From Eledone cirrhosa (lineage: Eukaryota), in contig OZ024766.1 in NCBI GenBank assembly GCA_964016885.1, forward strand, positions 16,802,001 through 16,866,000: DNA of 64,000 bases, written 5' to 3'. The notes under the pieces were generated by a model. It was given only the letters and a program-made list of their open reading frames with translations, was not told where the DNA came from and searched no databases. The translations under genes were made by a program, and so were the position numbers. This document shows, one piece after another, positions 1-11,610 of this stretch (position 1 is its first letter; every line of letters starts with the position of its first letter).

Positions 1-374
1 GTGTTGTTAGTTGTTACTAAACAACCAAAGAAATAATCTCTTTGTTATCAAATTAGAAGTTTCAATGTTATCAGCTTTATTTCACGACATTAACGTTGGT
101 GTATCTTCTTCATCTTTAGTCATAAATTGATATCTTGTCAGAATGAAGTAGTGAGGCTGACTTTATGTCTTTAGCTACAGATTTAATAGGAAATATATAT
201 ATATTAGGTTGATATGTGGTCTAAAATATATATATTGTCTATAAATGACTGAGAGCAGATGTTCTGGTGAAATAGTAGTTTTACTACTACAGATTGTAAT
301 GGAACTCTTAGTAGACACAATTGTAAAGTAAGAATATATATGACAGTGTAAGACTGATGTCGGGGAATTAAAAT

Positions 375-405
<31 letters not shown>

Positions 406-560
406 CACAAGATATAATTAGATTAATTAAAGTTATAACGAAGACAGCAGGTACTCGGCGTCTTAGCAAATGTTTCAAAACTCGTACCGGTGTCAAACGT
501 TAAAAGTCCCTGACATAATTTAATACCTTCAGACACATTTCCAGTCGTATTTAATTCTAT
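1..560 (-). promoter_or_regulatory. Probable non-coding exon 1/promoter of a further ZNF copy lying left of the window
   Basis: Homologous to 9375-9930, which lies directly upstream of the predicted donor (9349) of the first ZNF gene; locally CpG-enriched at ~440-500. Confidence 0.45.
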
Positions 561-589
561 AGTGATGTGATTTATTAAAAAGAAATATG

Positions 590-770
590 ATAATTGTTTC
601 TACTTTAGGCACAAGGCCAGCAATTACCCCAGTGTATGACTGGTACTTTATTTTACCGACCCCGTAATAATTGTTTCTACTTTAGGCACAAGGCCAGCAA
701 TTACCTAATACATTACTGGTACTTTATAATACCGACCCCGTAGGGATGAAAGGCAAAGCTAACCTCTGAG
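590..770 (-). mobile_element. tRNA-derived SINE 3' part, tandemly duplicated (x2 here and at ~39325-39500; x3 at ~9960-10215, ~19123-19380, ~29165-29420)
   Basis: ataattgtttctactttaggcacaaggccagc...gaccccgtagggatgaaaggcaaag matches the full-length SINE at 8486-8662. Confidence 0.75.
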
Positions 771-792
771 GGATTAACTTTGCTTTTCATCC

Positions 793-3400
793 TTATCTCT
801 ATACATATAGAAAATGGACAGAGTGTGTACTTCACTGAAACCACTGCTCATCAGTTGACACCAGCACCACCTGACACTACTCTAACTGCTTTTTTGAAAC
901 ACTGCCAGAATAAAGAAATTGTTCGATCCCTCCTATATGCTGACATCCCAAAATACTACACCTGGACCAATTGTAAGACTTGGAATCAAAGGAAGCAGGG
1001 TCATTTAGTGGAAGGTGATGAAGTCAAGGCAAGTGATGCTATTGGGCATGTTTACAATGACCACCCCAACAACAGAGAGAGTTTTTATTTACAGTCACTT
1101 CTGGATATTGTTCAAGGACCAACGTCATTTGAGGATCTCAGGTGATTTGGTGGCAGAGAGCAGCACATCCCAAGAAGCATACTATGGACACCTGTATGAC
1201 GACTGACATTGGAAAAAGAGACAAGAAGGAGCAGTCACTGGAGTAGCCAGTTAAATAAGACAGCCATGGACTCCTGTATGACAACTGAGATTGGAAGAAG
1301 AGACTAGAAGGAGCAGTCACTGGAGTAGCCAGTTATATAAAACAGCCATGGACTCCTGTATGACAACTGACATTGGAAGAAGGGACTAGAAGGAGCAGTC
1401 ACTGGAGTAGCCAATTAAATAAGACAGCCATGGACTCCTGTATGACAACTGACATTGGAAGAAGAAGAGACTAGAAGGAGCAGTCACTGGAGTAGCCAGT
1501 TAAATAAGACAGCCATGGACTCCTGTATGACAACTGACATTGGAAGAAGAAGAGACTAGAAGGAGCAGTCACTGGAGTAGCCAGTTAAATAAGACAGCCA
1601 TGGACTCCTGTATGACAACTGACATTGGAAGAAGGGACTAGAAGGAGCAGTCACTGGAGTAGCCAGTTAAATAAGACAGCCATGGACTCCTGTATGACAA
1701 GTGACATTGGAAGAAGAGACTAGAAGGAGCAGTCACTGGAGTAGCCAGTTAAATAAGACAGCCATGGACTCCTGTATGACAACTGACATTGGAAGAAGGG
1801 ACTAGAAGGAGCAGTCACTGGAGTAGCCAGTTAAATAAGACAGCCATGGACTCCTGTATGACAACTGACATTGGAAGAAGGGACTAGAAGGAGCAGTCAC
1901 TGGAGTAGCCAGTTAAATAAGACAGCCATGGACTCCTGTATGACAAGTGACATTGGAAGAAGAGACTAGAAGGAGCAGTCACTGGAGTAGCCAGTTAAAT
2001 AAGACAGCCATGGACTCCTGTATGACAACTGACGTTGGAAGAAGAGACTAGAAGGAGCAGTCACTGGAGTAGCCAGTTAAATAAGACAGCCATGGACACC
2101 TGTATGACAACTGTCATTGGAAGAAGAGACTAGAAGGAGCAGTCACTGCAGTAGCCAGTTAAATAAGACAGCCATGGACACCTGTATGACAACTGACATT
2201 GGAAGAAGGGACTAGAAGGATCAGTCACTGGAGTAGCCAGTTAAATAAGACAGCCATGGACACCTGTATGACAACTGACATTGGAAGAAGGGACTAGAAG
2301 GAGCAGTCACTGGAGTAGCCAGTTAAATAAGACAGACATGGACTCCTGTATGACAACTGACATTGGAAGAAGGGACTAGAAGGAGCAGTCACTGGAGTAG
2401 CCAATTAAATAAGACAGCCATGGACTCCTGTATGACAACTGACATTGGAAGAAGAGACTAGAAGGAGCAGTCACTGGAGCAGCCAGTTAAATAAGACAGC
2501 CATGGACACCTGTATGACAACTGACATTGGAAGAAGAGACTAGAAGGAGCAGTCACTGGAGCAGCCAGTTAAATAAGTCAGCCATGGACTCCTGTATGAC
2601 AACTGACATTGGAAGAAGAGACTAGAAGGAGCAGTCACTGGAGCAGCCAGTTAAATAAGTCAGCCATGGACTCCTGTATGACAACTGAGATTGGAAGAAG
2701 GGACTAGAAGGAGCAGTCACTGGAGTAGCCAATTAAATAAGACAGCCATGGACTCCTGTATGACAACTGGCATTGGAAGAAGGGACTAGAAGGAACAGTC
2801 ACTGGAGTAGCCAGTTAAATAAGACAGCCATGGACTCCTGTATGACAACTGAGATTGGAAGAAGAGACTAGAAGGAGCAGTCACTGGAGTAGCCAATTAA
2901 ATAAGACAGCCATGGACTCCTGTATGACAACTGGCATTGGAAGAAGGGACTAGAAGGAACAGTCACTGGAGTAGCCAGTTAAATAAGACAGCCATGGACT
3001 CCTGTATGACAACTGACATTGGAAGAAGGGAATAGAAGGAGCAGTCACTGGAGTGGCCAATTAAATAAGACAGCCATGGACTCCTGTATGACAACTGACA
3101 TTCGAAGGAGAGACTAGGAGCAGTCACTGGAGTGGCCAATTAAATAAGACAGCCATGGACTCCTGTATGACAACTGAGATTGGAAGAATGGACTAGAAGT
3201 AGCAGTCACTGGAGTAGCCAGTTAAATAAGACAGTTGTTTGCTACTATACTCACAGCATGTGGAATAGATCTCATCTACCCTGGCAGGAGTACAAAAACA
3301 ATATGTCAGACGACTATCTACACCTAGCCCAAAGACGTTATAGCAATATTTATGTGGAATCTACCTCCAGGATTTACAATCAACCTCTGTGCAACCTGTC
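793..3400 (+). mobile_element. Decayed Helitron Rep/helicase fragment interrupted by an 82-bp minisatellite
   Basis: HIENGQSVYF..PPDTTLTAF..LLYADIPKYYTW..DAIGHVY..HPNNRESFYL..VQGPTSFEDLR, then after the array IRQLFATILTACG and WQEYKNNMSDDYLH: typical Helitron RepHel motifs, with stops and frameshifts. Confidence 0.88.
1186..3234 (+). repeat. 82-bp minisatellite, ~25 copies
   Basis: ggactcctgtatgacaactgacattggaagaagrgactagaaggagcagtcactggagtagccagttaaataagacagccat; period 82 (catgg at 1265, 1347). Confidence 0.97.
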
Positions 3401-3587
3401 CCATTGAATTCCAGCAATGAATAGCAATGCGGGATGCCAGAGCCAGAAGAAATTGAGGTAATACAATCAGTTTTTCAGGAGACAAACCATGATATTGAAG
3501 TGTTGCGTAAGTTTGTGGATGAAAATAAACCTTGACTGGTGGATGACCAGAAATATGCCTACCACAACATCATGAAAAACATTCAAC

Positions 3588-3732
3588 ATGACAGCACCCA
3601 GCACTCACTGTAAATGAGGTTGGCATTAGGAAGGGCGTCCAGCTGTAGAAATCAAGCCAGAATCAGTTCCCGTCCCACCCTTGCAAGCAGGGAAAAAGCG
3701 GACGAGAAATGAAATGATGATGAATGATGATG
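3588..3732 (+). mobile_element. SINE 3' half with LINE-like tail and (ATG)n end (also ~11796-11940, ~21780-21923, ~31822-31965, ~41175-41310)
   Basis: ggttggcattaggaagggcgtccagctgtagaaa core (reverse-complement homologue at ~54972-55015), ccgtcccacccttgcaagca tail, atgatgatg end. Confidence 0.7.
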
Positions 3733-4451
3733 TCCCTCCCATTTTTTCAATAGGGTCACTTTAACGAATCAAAAGATAAATAGCAGAAAAACAGGCCCTA
3801 AAATATATTTTCCGTGCTATTTCTAACTTCACCTTTTCTCTATATATAGAGAGAGAGCGAGAGGACAATTTGTCATGTCTTCATTACATTTATTGAGCAG
3901 TGAAGCACGTTTTGCTATCGATCAGCTCAAGGTTTGATCTGTATTGATCTAGCTTGACTCTGGAATTAAAAGCTTGTCAGACTTCTGTTGTGGTAATAAT
4001 GTTACAATCCCTAGATATCATCATCATTGCTTAATGTCTATCTTCCATGCTAGCATGGGTTGGACGGGTTTGTCGTATTTAATTTGTAAAAGTGTGTAAG
4101 CACACATAGCTAGGTAGGTAACTAAGTAAATTTAACTAGAACTTCAAAAATAGATACCTTAGAAAATGATTAATCTTCCTTGTATATATTCCATTAAAGA
4201 AATATATTTCACCAATTAATCGATTGGTAAACGACAGTAACCAGATCTTGGATTCTCAACAAGGAAGAAGTCCAACCATCTGTGTTTACGCATCAAGTTC
4301 AAATCAGCGACTGACCAGTAACACGTGCTGTATCTACTAAAAATACACACATCAAACCAGCTTCGTCCCAGTTGCGTGAATAGGGTTATTGACAACTAGA
4401 AACAGCAGTCACGTCCTTTCAACAGAGTTATCTCTACAATTAAGGGGCCGT

Positions 4452-4681
4452 ATTTATATATATATATATCCAAAATTAAGATAAATTAAAATAAAATTAA
4501 TCTATATCAAATTATGGGTGTCATGCCAGAAAGACATGCGCCATATCACCCGTAAAATAAGCTCCATGGAGCTTATTTTACGGGTGATATGTCACATGTC
4601 TTTCTGGCATGACTCCCATAATTTGATTTAGATTAATTTTATTTTAATTTATTATAATTTTGGATATATATATATAAATAC
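4452..4681. repeat. ~230-bp near-perfect palindrome/foldback in (TA)n (also ~13196-13421, ~23176-23405, ~33218-33447)
   Basis: Centre gctcca|tggagc at 4566/4567, no spacer; arms of ~115 bp are reverse complements. Confidence 0.92.
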
Positions 4682-4981
4682 AGAGAAAGAGAAGAGTAGA
4701 CAACAGACAATGACAAAGAAGAGGAATTAACCACCCCAGTATTTCACTGGTATTTCATTTATTGACCTCAAAATATCGAAGCAACTTTACCTCAGTGGGA
4801 TTTGTACTCTGAGAACTAGAACAGACACTGAAAATATATCAAGATGTGCACACATGTATATAAGAACACATATAAACATACATATACATATACACACACA
4901 CATATACACAAATAAAGATAATCATTTTCATGGACAGAAATTTCTACACACTGACATATACACTCATACATATATATATAT

Positions 4982-5104
4982 ATAGGAAAATGTTTAACCC
5001 CGATGGCAGAGCTCAAGCCATTTCGACGGTTATGTCTGGACTGTTTCCAGAAATAGCCGTCGAAACGGATTGAGCTCTGCCGTCGGGGTTAAACATTTTC
5101 CTAT
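4982..5104. repeat. ~120-bp hairpin palindrome (also ~13726-13848; internally deleted at ~23722-23821 and ~33764-33863)
   Basis: ggaaaatgtttaaccccga..tctgga ctgtt tccaga..tcggggttaaacattttcc. Confidence 0.92.
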
Positions 5105-5539
5105 TACCCTCTCTACTACCCCAAGTATTGAGTACTCTGGTGCGTATATGGTCCATCTGGTTCTTTACCACACCTCCTTTGTTATATATATATATATATA
5201 AAATTATAAGAAACGAAAGGAGCTGTGTGGTTACTGTAAACAAAGTTTAAGATGGTAATATGGATGAAAAGAGAAAATAAACCCTTCATCAGCTGTAAAC
5301 CGAGATCATAGATGTTTTGGCACATATATATATATACAGTGTTTTTAAATTCTGTACCATACAGATTTGTCAGCACAAGTCTTGGTTACAACTTCTACAA
5401 ATAAAATGAAAGGAGAATAATTTCAGAACAAACAAGTTTTATTCAAGACATTAACAACATTGGTGGCACTATTTTGGGTGAGTGATATGGTTTTTATCTT
5501 GTCTGATTGTGTTTCTGTTACATTAAGTAACCTTATGTT

Positions 5540-5985
5540 GGTACCACAACATTTAGAAAATGATTTACCACAGACATCACAGTGATAAGGTTCCTCTCCT
5601 GTATATGTTAGTGTCTAGTGAAGTCACAACATTTAGAGAATGATTTACTGCAGATATCACAGTGATATGGTTCCTTTTCTGTAAATGTTAGTGCTGAGTG
5701 AAGTGACTTATTTCAGAGAATGATTTCCCACAGATATCACAGTGATATGGTTTCTCTCCTGTATATATATGTTTGTGTCTAGTTAAGCTAGCTTTTATAG
5801 ATAACAATTTCCACAGATATCACAGTAATATGGCTTTTCTCCAGTATATATTTATGTTTGTATGTAGTTAATGTAGCAATACAAGAGAATAATTTCTACA
5901 CAATATCAGTGGTATGGCTTCTCACTCATATGAATGTATTTGTGTCTAATTAATTTACAATTTTGAGACAATGAGATATGACTTT
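5540..5985 (-). pseudogene. Degenerate C2H2 finger relics downstream of the ZNF stop codon (repeated after every copy)
   Basis: Several decayed gagaatgatttaccacagatatcacagtgatatgg units with stops and indels; [14 protein letters not shown] relic in ORFs 24124-24330 and 34166-34372. Confidence 0.75.
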
Positions 5986-5986
5986 G

Positions 5987-7264
5987 TTATGGTTTCTTAC
6001 CTGTATGGGTAAATTTGTGTTTAGTTAAATTACTTAATTGAGAGAATGATTTACCACAGATATCACAGTGATGTGGCTTCTCACCTGTATGGGTACGTAA
6101 GTGTTGAGTTAAGGGACTACTTTGAGAGAATGATTTACCACAGATATCACAGTGGTATGGCGTGTCTCCTGTATGGATACGTAAGTGCTCAGTTAAGTAA
6201 CTTCTTCGAGAGAATGATTTACCACAGATATCACAGCGATATGGCTTGTCTCCTGTATGGATACGTTTGTGGCTAGTTAAGGCAGGACTTTGAGAGAATG
6301 ATTTACCACAGATATCACAGTGGTATGGCTTCTCTCCTGTATGTATACTTTTGTGTCTAGTTAAGGTACCACTTCGAGAGAATGATTGACCACAGATATC
6401 ACAGTGATATGGCGTGTCTCCTGTATGGATACGTAAGTGTTGAGTTAAGGGACTACTTTGAGAGAATGATTTACCACAGATATCACAGCGATATGGCTTC
6501 TCCCCTGTATGGATACGTAAGTGCTCAGTTAAGTAACTTCTTCGAGAGAATGATTTACCACAGATATCACAGCGATATGGCTTGTCTCCTGTATGGATAC
6601 GTTTGTGGCTAGTTAAGGCAGGACTTTGAGAGAATGATTTACCACAGATATCACAGTGATATGGCTTCTCTCCCGTATGTATACGTTTGTGTCTAGTTAA
6701 GGTACCACTTCGAGAGAATGATTGACCACAGGTATCACAGTGATATGGCTTGTCTCCTGTATGTATACGTTTGTGGCTAGTTAAGGTACTACTATCATAG
6801 AATGATTTACAGCAGATATCACAGTGGTATGGCGTCTCTGCTGTATGTATACGTTTGTGGCTTGTTAAGGCATTACTCTGAGAATATGATTTACCACAGA
6901 TATCACAGTGATATGGCTTCTCTCTTGTATGTATACGTTTGTGGCTAGTTAAGTGACCACTTTCAGAGAATGATTTACCACAGATATCACAGTGATATGG
7001 TTTCTCACCTGTATGTATACGCATGTGGCTAGTTAAATTACTACTTTGAGAGAATGATTTACCACAGATATCACAGTGGTATGGCTTCTCTCCCGGATGT
7101 GTACGTTTGTGACTTGTTAATTTACTACTAACAGAGAATGATTTACCACACACATCACAGTGATATGGCTTCTCTCCTCTATCCTTTGACATCTCTTCTG
7201 TAATAGCCATATCTTTAGTCATTGTTTCACATTTAATCTTCTTTTCACTCAATTTATTTTCCAT
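5987..7264 (-). CDS. Poly-C2H2 zinc-finger protein, 425 aa, 14 fingers, no effector domain
   Basis: Intact ORF of 28-aa CxxC-x12-HxxxH repeats with TGEKPY linkers after a ~30-aa leader. Confidence 0.93.
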   Translation of the reverse strand: MENKLSEKKIKCETMTKDMAITEEMSKDRGEKPYHCDVCGKSFSVSSKLTSHKRTHPGEKPYHCDICGKSFSQSSNLTSHMRIHTGEKPYHCDICGKSFSESGHLTSHKRIHTREKPYHCDICGKSYSQSNALTSHKRIHTAETPYHCDICCKSFYDSSTLTSHKRIHTGDKPYHCDTCGQSFSRSGTLTRHKRIHTGEKPYHCDICGKSFSQSPALTSHKRIHTGDKPYRCDICGKSFSRRSYLTEHLRIHTGEKPYRCDICGKSFSQSSPLTQHLRIHTGDTPYHCDICGQSFSRSGTLTRHKSIHTGEKPYHCDICGKSFSQSPALTSHKRIHTGDKPYRCDICGKSFSRRSYLTEHLRIHTGDTPYHCDICGKSFSQSSPLTQHLRTHTGEKPHHCDICGKSFSQLSNLTKHKFTHTGKKP

Positions 7265-7804
7265 AATAATTCTTCTTCCCTTGGCAGAATTTACAGATGT
7301 TATTCTTTAATATTTTTCATATTATATTCCTAAAAAATATTTCTTCTGTTATATTTCCCTCAATTATGATCTCAGTTAATACCTGAAGATGATGCAAACT
7401 TCTTTGTCATTGAAGCTGAGTTAAAATACAAAATATATCTCTCATATATATATACCACACAGTGAAGAAAAGGAATTTTGTCTTTAAACTCAGTTCTGAG
7501 GAAATATATCACAGTAATTCTGATAGATTTATATAAACAGTGTTATATAAGTTCTGTTTAAAAAGTTTTAATCTTCAAATGATGATAAATAGAGGTGATG
7601 TATCCAAGATTGAAGATAATAATTTATCCTAATGTCATCTGATATTCTGAAATGAAAAAGAAACAGTATGAAATAATAGAGAATACTTAAGAAGCAGAGA
7701 TAGATTTAACAGTGGAAATTTTACATCTATAAACCCTGGAAACTTTTTATTGAAAAATCAAATTATTTTAGTTTTTAATTAGTTACAAGAAATCTTTCTC
7801 CACA

Positions 7805-8345
7805 CCTGCAACCATGAGTGTATCTGGGGTTCTTTTCTCTTCAGAGAGATGGATCCTCATGAGGTGGAGAGAATACTTTGCTGATCTCCCAAACCCGATC
7901 ACAACAGCATCTTCGGATGTACATGAGGTGAATCTGATAGCGGTGACTAATCTCTCGGAGGCTGAGGTCACAAGAGCAATTAAAGAGCTCAAATGTGACC
8001 GACTCATGTGTGTCAGATGGCCTGGGTCTCTGAAATGGCACTCAAGCAAAGGCAATCGGGAGTGATAATCCCAATTTATAAAAAGGGACACACGAGAGAT
8101 TGTTCCAAATAGAGAGGGATCACCTTGTTAAGACTCCCTGGTAAAGTATATGCAAAGTTTCTGGCAAAGTGATGTAGCGAGTCCAAGCTAGCTGATGGAC
8201 AGTGCTGTTTTCTCCCTGGGTGCAACATAACCCACCAAATATTCACACTGTGGCAGGTCTTTGAGAAATCGTGGGAGTATTGCTAAGAGGTATATATTAT
8301 CGTTTTATAGACCTTGAAAATGCACATGATCGCATTCTTCAGGAC
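7805..8345 (+). mobile_element. RTE-clade LINE reverse-transcriptase fragment (also ~16970, ~27010, ~37055)
   Basis: RWREYFADL..LSEAEVTRAIKELK..IIPIYKKG..RGITLL..GKVYAK..QIFTLWQVFEKSWEY..FIDLENAHDRI, with stops and frameshifts. Confidence 0.85.
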
Positions 8346-8349
8346 CTGC

Positions 8350-8720
8350 TGAGCATACAGGAGTTCCCATGGGCAGCCAGTCTTAAACATCTCTGTTATA
8401 GGCTGCAGGACGATAATAACTAAGTGAGGGCTAAGAACAGAGCCCTGGTGGACACCAGACTACACTCCAAATTATTCACTATAATTGTTTCTATTTTAAA
8501 CACAAGGCCAGCAATTACCCAGTACATTACTGGTACTTTATGTTATCAACCCCGTATGGATGTAAGGCAAAGTTAACCTCGGCGGGATTTGAACTCAGAT
8601 CATAAAGGGACGTAACTCTGTGCCTCAAAGCATGGTGTCCGACTCTCTACCGATACTGCCACTTCACTATAATGAATGTTAATCCTGACATTGCTGACTG
8701 CTCTTCTATACATGGCTTTA
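8350..8720 (-). mobile_element. Second LINE RT fragment, opposite strand, interrupted by a SINE
   Basis: Minus-strand translation GVHQGSVLSPHLVIIVLQPITEMFKTGCPWELLYA (RT region just before YADD). Confidence 0.8.
8486..8662 (-). mobile_element. Full-length tRNA-derived SINE with 11-bp target-site duplication
   Basis: Minus strand A-box TGGCAGTATCGG and B-box GAGTTCAAATCC; ttcactataat at 8475-8485 and 8663-8673. Confidence 0.85.
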
Positions 8721-8994
8721 TGATCCTCTATACAAGACATGTATCAGACGGTTATTCAGCTAGCTCTTTAGAGTATTAGAACCTTATTATGTACAGCCAC
8801 CGAGATCCCACACCAACAGATGTCCCTTCACCATCAAAGCAGTTCCCTGAAATACAGATACTCAACCCCTACTTGGCTGGCTAACTCAGACATAATTATA
8901 ATGAAATGAAACCCACAATAAAGTAATGTTCAACCATAAGTAGATGAAGTTAATTAAATTGTAAGAGATTTAGACTAAAATAGACAAAATATTA

Positions 8995-9215
8995 ATTTAC
9001 TTAAAGCAACAACAAGGTACAGCTAAATATAAAATATATTTTATAATGTACGGTAGTGAACCACATAATTAAATAGACGGAGGTAATTTAAATAATAAAT
9101 ATATCTTTAATTTATTTAAAGCAATAACAAGGTATAGCTAAATATAAACTATATTTTATAATGTAAGGTAGTGAACCACATAATTAAATAGACGGAGGTA
9201 ATTTAAATAATAAAG
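8995..9215. repeat. 115-bp intronic tandem repeat (x2; x3 at ~38240-38570)
   Basis: ttaaagcaa..caaggtacagctaaatataaa..gacggaggtaatttaaataataaa at 9001 and 9116. Confidence 0.85.
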
Positions 9216-10241
9216 ACAGTCATAACAATATATTTTATATCACATGTAACAGTGGAATCTGGTTAATTACTGGTGGGTTATAGGGGTCACATAATTATAT
9301 TATTTACACACATTAATATAGACAGTAAAGTAAATCTTTGTCAACTTACCTCCTTCACATATAATCAATGTATTGTGTTGTTAGTTGTTACTAAACAACC
9401 AAAGAAATAATCTCTTTGTTATCAAATTAGAAGTTCCAATGTTATCAGCTTTATTTCACGACATTAACGTTGGTGTATCTTCTTCATCTTTAGTCATAAA
9501 TTGATATCTTGTCAGAATGAAGTAGTGAGGCTGACTTTATGTCTTTAGCTACAGATTTGATAGGAAATATATATATATTAGGTTGATATGTGGTCTAAAA
9601 TATATATATTGTCTATAAATGACTGAGAGCAGATGTTCTGGTGAAATAGTAGTTTTACTACTACAGATTGTAATGGAACTCTTAGTAGACACAATTGTAA
9701 AGTAAGAATAGATATGACAGTGTAAGACTGATGTCGGGTTATTAAACTTGTGTGTGTGTATATATATATAATTGTTACACAAGATATAATTAGATTAATT
9801 AAAGTTATAACGAAGACAGCAGGTACTCGGTGTCTTAGCGAATGTTTCGACTCTCGTACGGTGTCAAACGTGAAAAGTCCCTGAGATAATTTAGTACCTT
9901 CACACATATTTCCAGTCGTATTTAATTCTATAGTGATGTGATTTATTAAAAAGAAATGTGATAATTGTTTCTACTTTTGGCACAAGGCCAGCAATTCCAC
10001 CAGTGTATTACTGGTACATTATTTTATCGACCCCGTAATAATTGTTTCTACTTTAGGCACAAGGCCAGTAAATACGCCAGTGAATTACTGGTACTTTATT
10101 TTATCGACACCGTAATAATTGTTTCTAATTTAGGCACAAGGCCAGCAAAAACCCCAGTACATTATTGGTACTTTATTTTATCGACCCCGTAGGGATGAAA
10201 GGCAAAGCTAACCTCTGAGGGATTAACTTTGCTTTTCATCC

Positions 10242-11610
10242 TTATCTCTATACATATAGAAAATGGACAGAGTGTGTACTTCACTGAAACCACTGCTCAT
10301 CAATTGACACCAGCACCACCTGACACTACTCTAACTGCTTTTTTGAAACTCTGCCAGAATAAAGAATTTGTTCGATCCCTCCTATATGCTGACATCCCAA
10401 AATACTACACCTGGACCAATTGTAAGACTTGGAATCAAAGGAGGCAGGGTCATTTAGTGGAAGGTGATGAAGTCAAGGCAAGTGATGCTATTGGGCATGT
10501 TTACAATGACCACCCCAACAACAGAGAGAGTTTTTATTTACAGCCACTTCTGCATATTGTTCAAGGACCAACGTCATTTGAGGATCTCAGGTGATTTGGT
10601 GGGAGAGTGCATCACATACCAAGAAGCATCTAAAGAACATCAACTCATGCATGGCAATTGACATTAGAAGAAGCAGTCACTGGAGTAGCCAGTTAAATAA
10701 GACAGCCATGGACTCCTGTATGACAACTGACATTGGAAGAAGGGACTAGAAGGAGCAGTCACTGGAGTAGCCAGTTAAATAAGACAGCCATGGACTCCTG
10801 TATGACAACTGACATTGGAAGAAGGGACTAGAAGGAGCAGTCACTGTAGTAGTCAGTTAAATAAGACAGCCATGGACACCTGTATGACAACTGGCATTGG
10901 AAGAAGGGACTAGAAGGAGCAGTCACTGGAGTAGCCAGTTAAATAAGACAGCCATGGACACCTGTATGACAACTGACATTGGAAGAAGGGACTAGAAGGA
11001 GCAGTCACTGGAGTAGCCAGTTAAATAAGACAGCCATGGACACCTGTATGACAACTGACATTGGAAGAAGGGACTAGAAGGAGCAGTCAGAGGAGTAGCC
11101 AGTTAAATAAGACAGCCATGGACACCTGTATGACAACTGACATTGGAAGAAGGGACTAGAAGGAGCAGTCACTGGAGTAGCCAGTTAAATAAGACAGCCA
11201 TGGACACCTGTATGACAACTGACATTGGAAGAAGGGACTAGAAGGAGCAGTCAGAGGAGTAGCCAGTTAAATAAGACAGCCATGGACTCCTGTATGACAA
11301 CTGACATTGGAAGAAGAGACTAGAAGTAGCAGTCACTGAGTAGCCAGTTAAATAAGACAGCCATGGACTCCTGTATGACAACTGACATTGGAAGAAGAGA
11401 CTAGTAGGAGCAGTCACAGGAGTAGCCAGTTAAATAAGACAGTTGTTTGCTACTATACTCACAGCATGTGGAATAGATCTCATCTACCCTGGCAGGAGTA
11501 CAAAAACAATATGTCAGACGACTACCTACACCTAGCCCAAAGACGTTATAGCAATATTTATGTGGAATCTACCTCCAGGATTTACAATCAACCTCTGTGC
11601 AACCTGTCCC
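10242..11610 (+). mobile_element. Helitron fragment copy 2 with 82-bp array (~10660-11442, ~9-10 units)
   Basis: Homologous to 793-3400. Confidence 0.88.

Larger units (their letters stand above)
7647..9349 (-). other. Predicted 5'-UTR intron of ZNF copy 1 (equivalents 16811-18513, 26853-28555, 36895-38709)
   Basis: Minus-strand donor GAG|GTAAGT at 9349 and acceptor tttctttttcatttcAG| at 7647, retained in all four copies; interval filled with TE debris. Confidence 0.6.

Noticed and set aside
780-1145. 121-aa ORF as a functional host gene, or an active Helitron driving rolling-circle amplification of the cassette
   Set aside because: Internal RepHel fragment with stops, a TTG start and a frameshift in unit 5; I found no TC 5' end or hairpin-CTRR 3' end at the unit boundaries
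1186-3234. CRISPR-like regular repeats (also the 42-, 72- and 120-bp arrays)
   Set aside because: Units are contiguous with no unique spacers, there are no cas genes, and the context is eukaryotic
5200-5300. CTGATGA on the minus strand at ~5286-5292 as a hammerhead
   Set aside because: No correctly placed GAAA/UH or closing stem I; at most a truncated relic
6046-6612. Plus-strand MIYHRYHS ORFs (also 14790-15524, 45666-47228)
   Set aside because: Antisense shadows of periodic ZNF coding sequence
7170-7650. KRAB, SCAN, ZAD, BTB or PR/SET effector domain on the cassette ZNFs
   Set aside because: The leader is only ~30 aa and the upstream exon sequence is AT-rich with stops; no such domain is recognisable
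8580-8662. tRNA gene
   Set aside because: A/B boxes are present but there is no cloverleaf; it is the head of a TSD-flanked SINE
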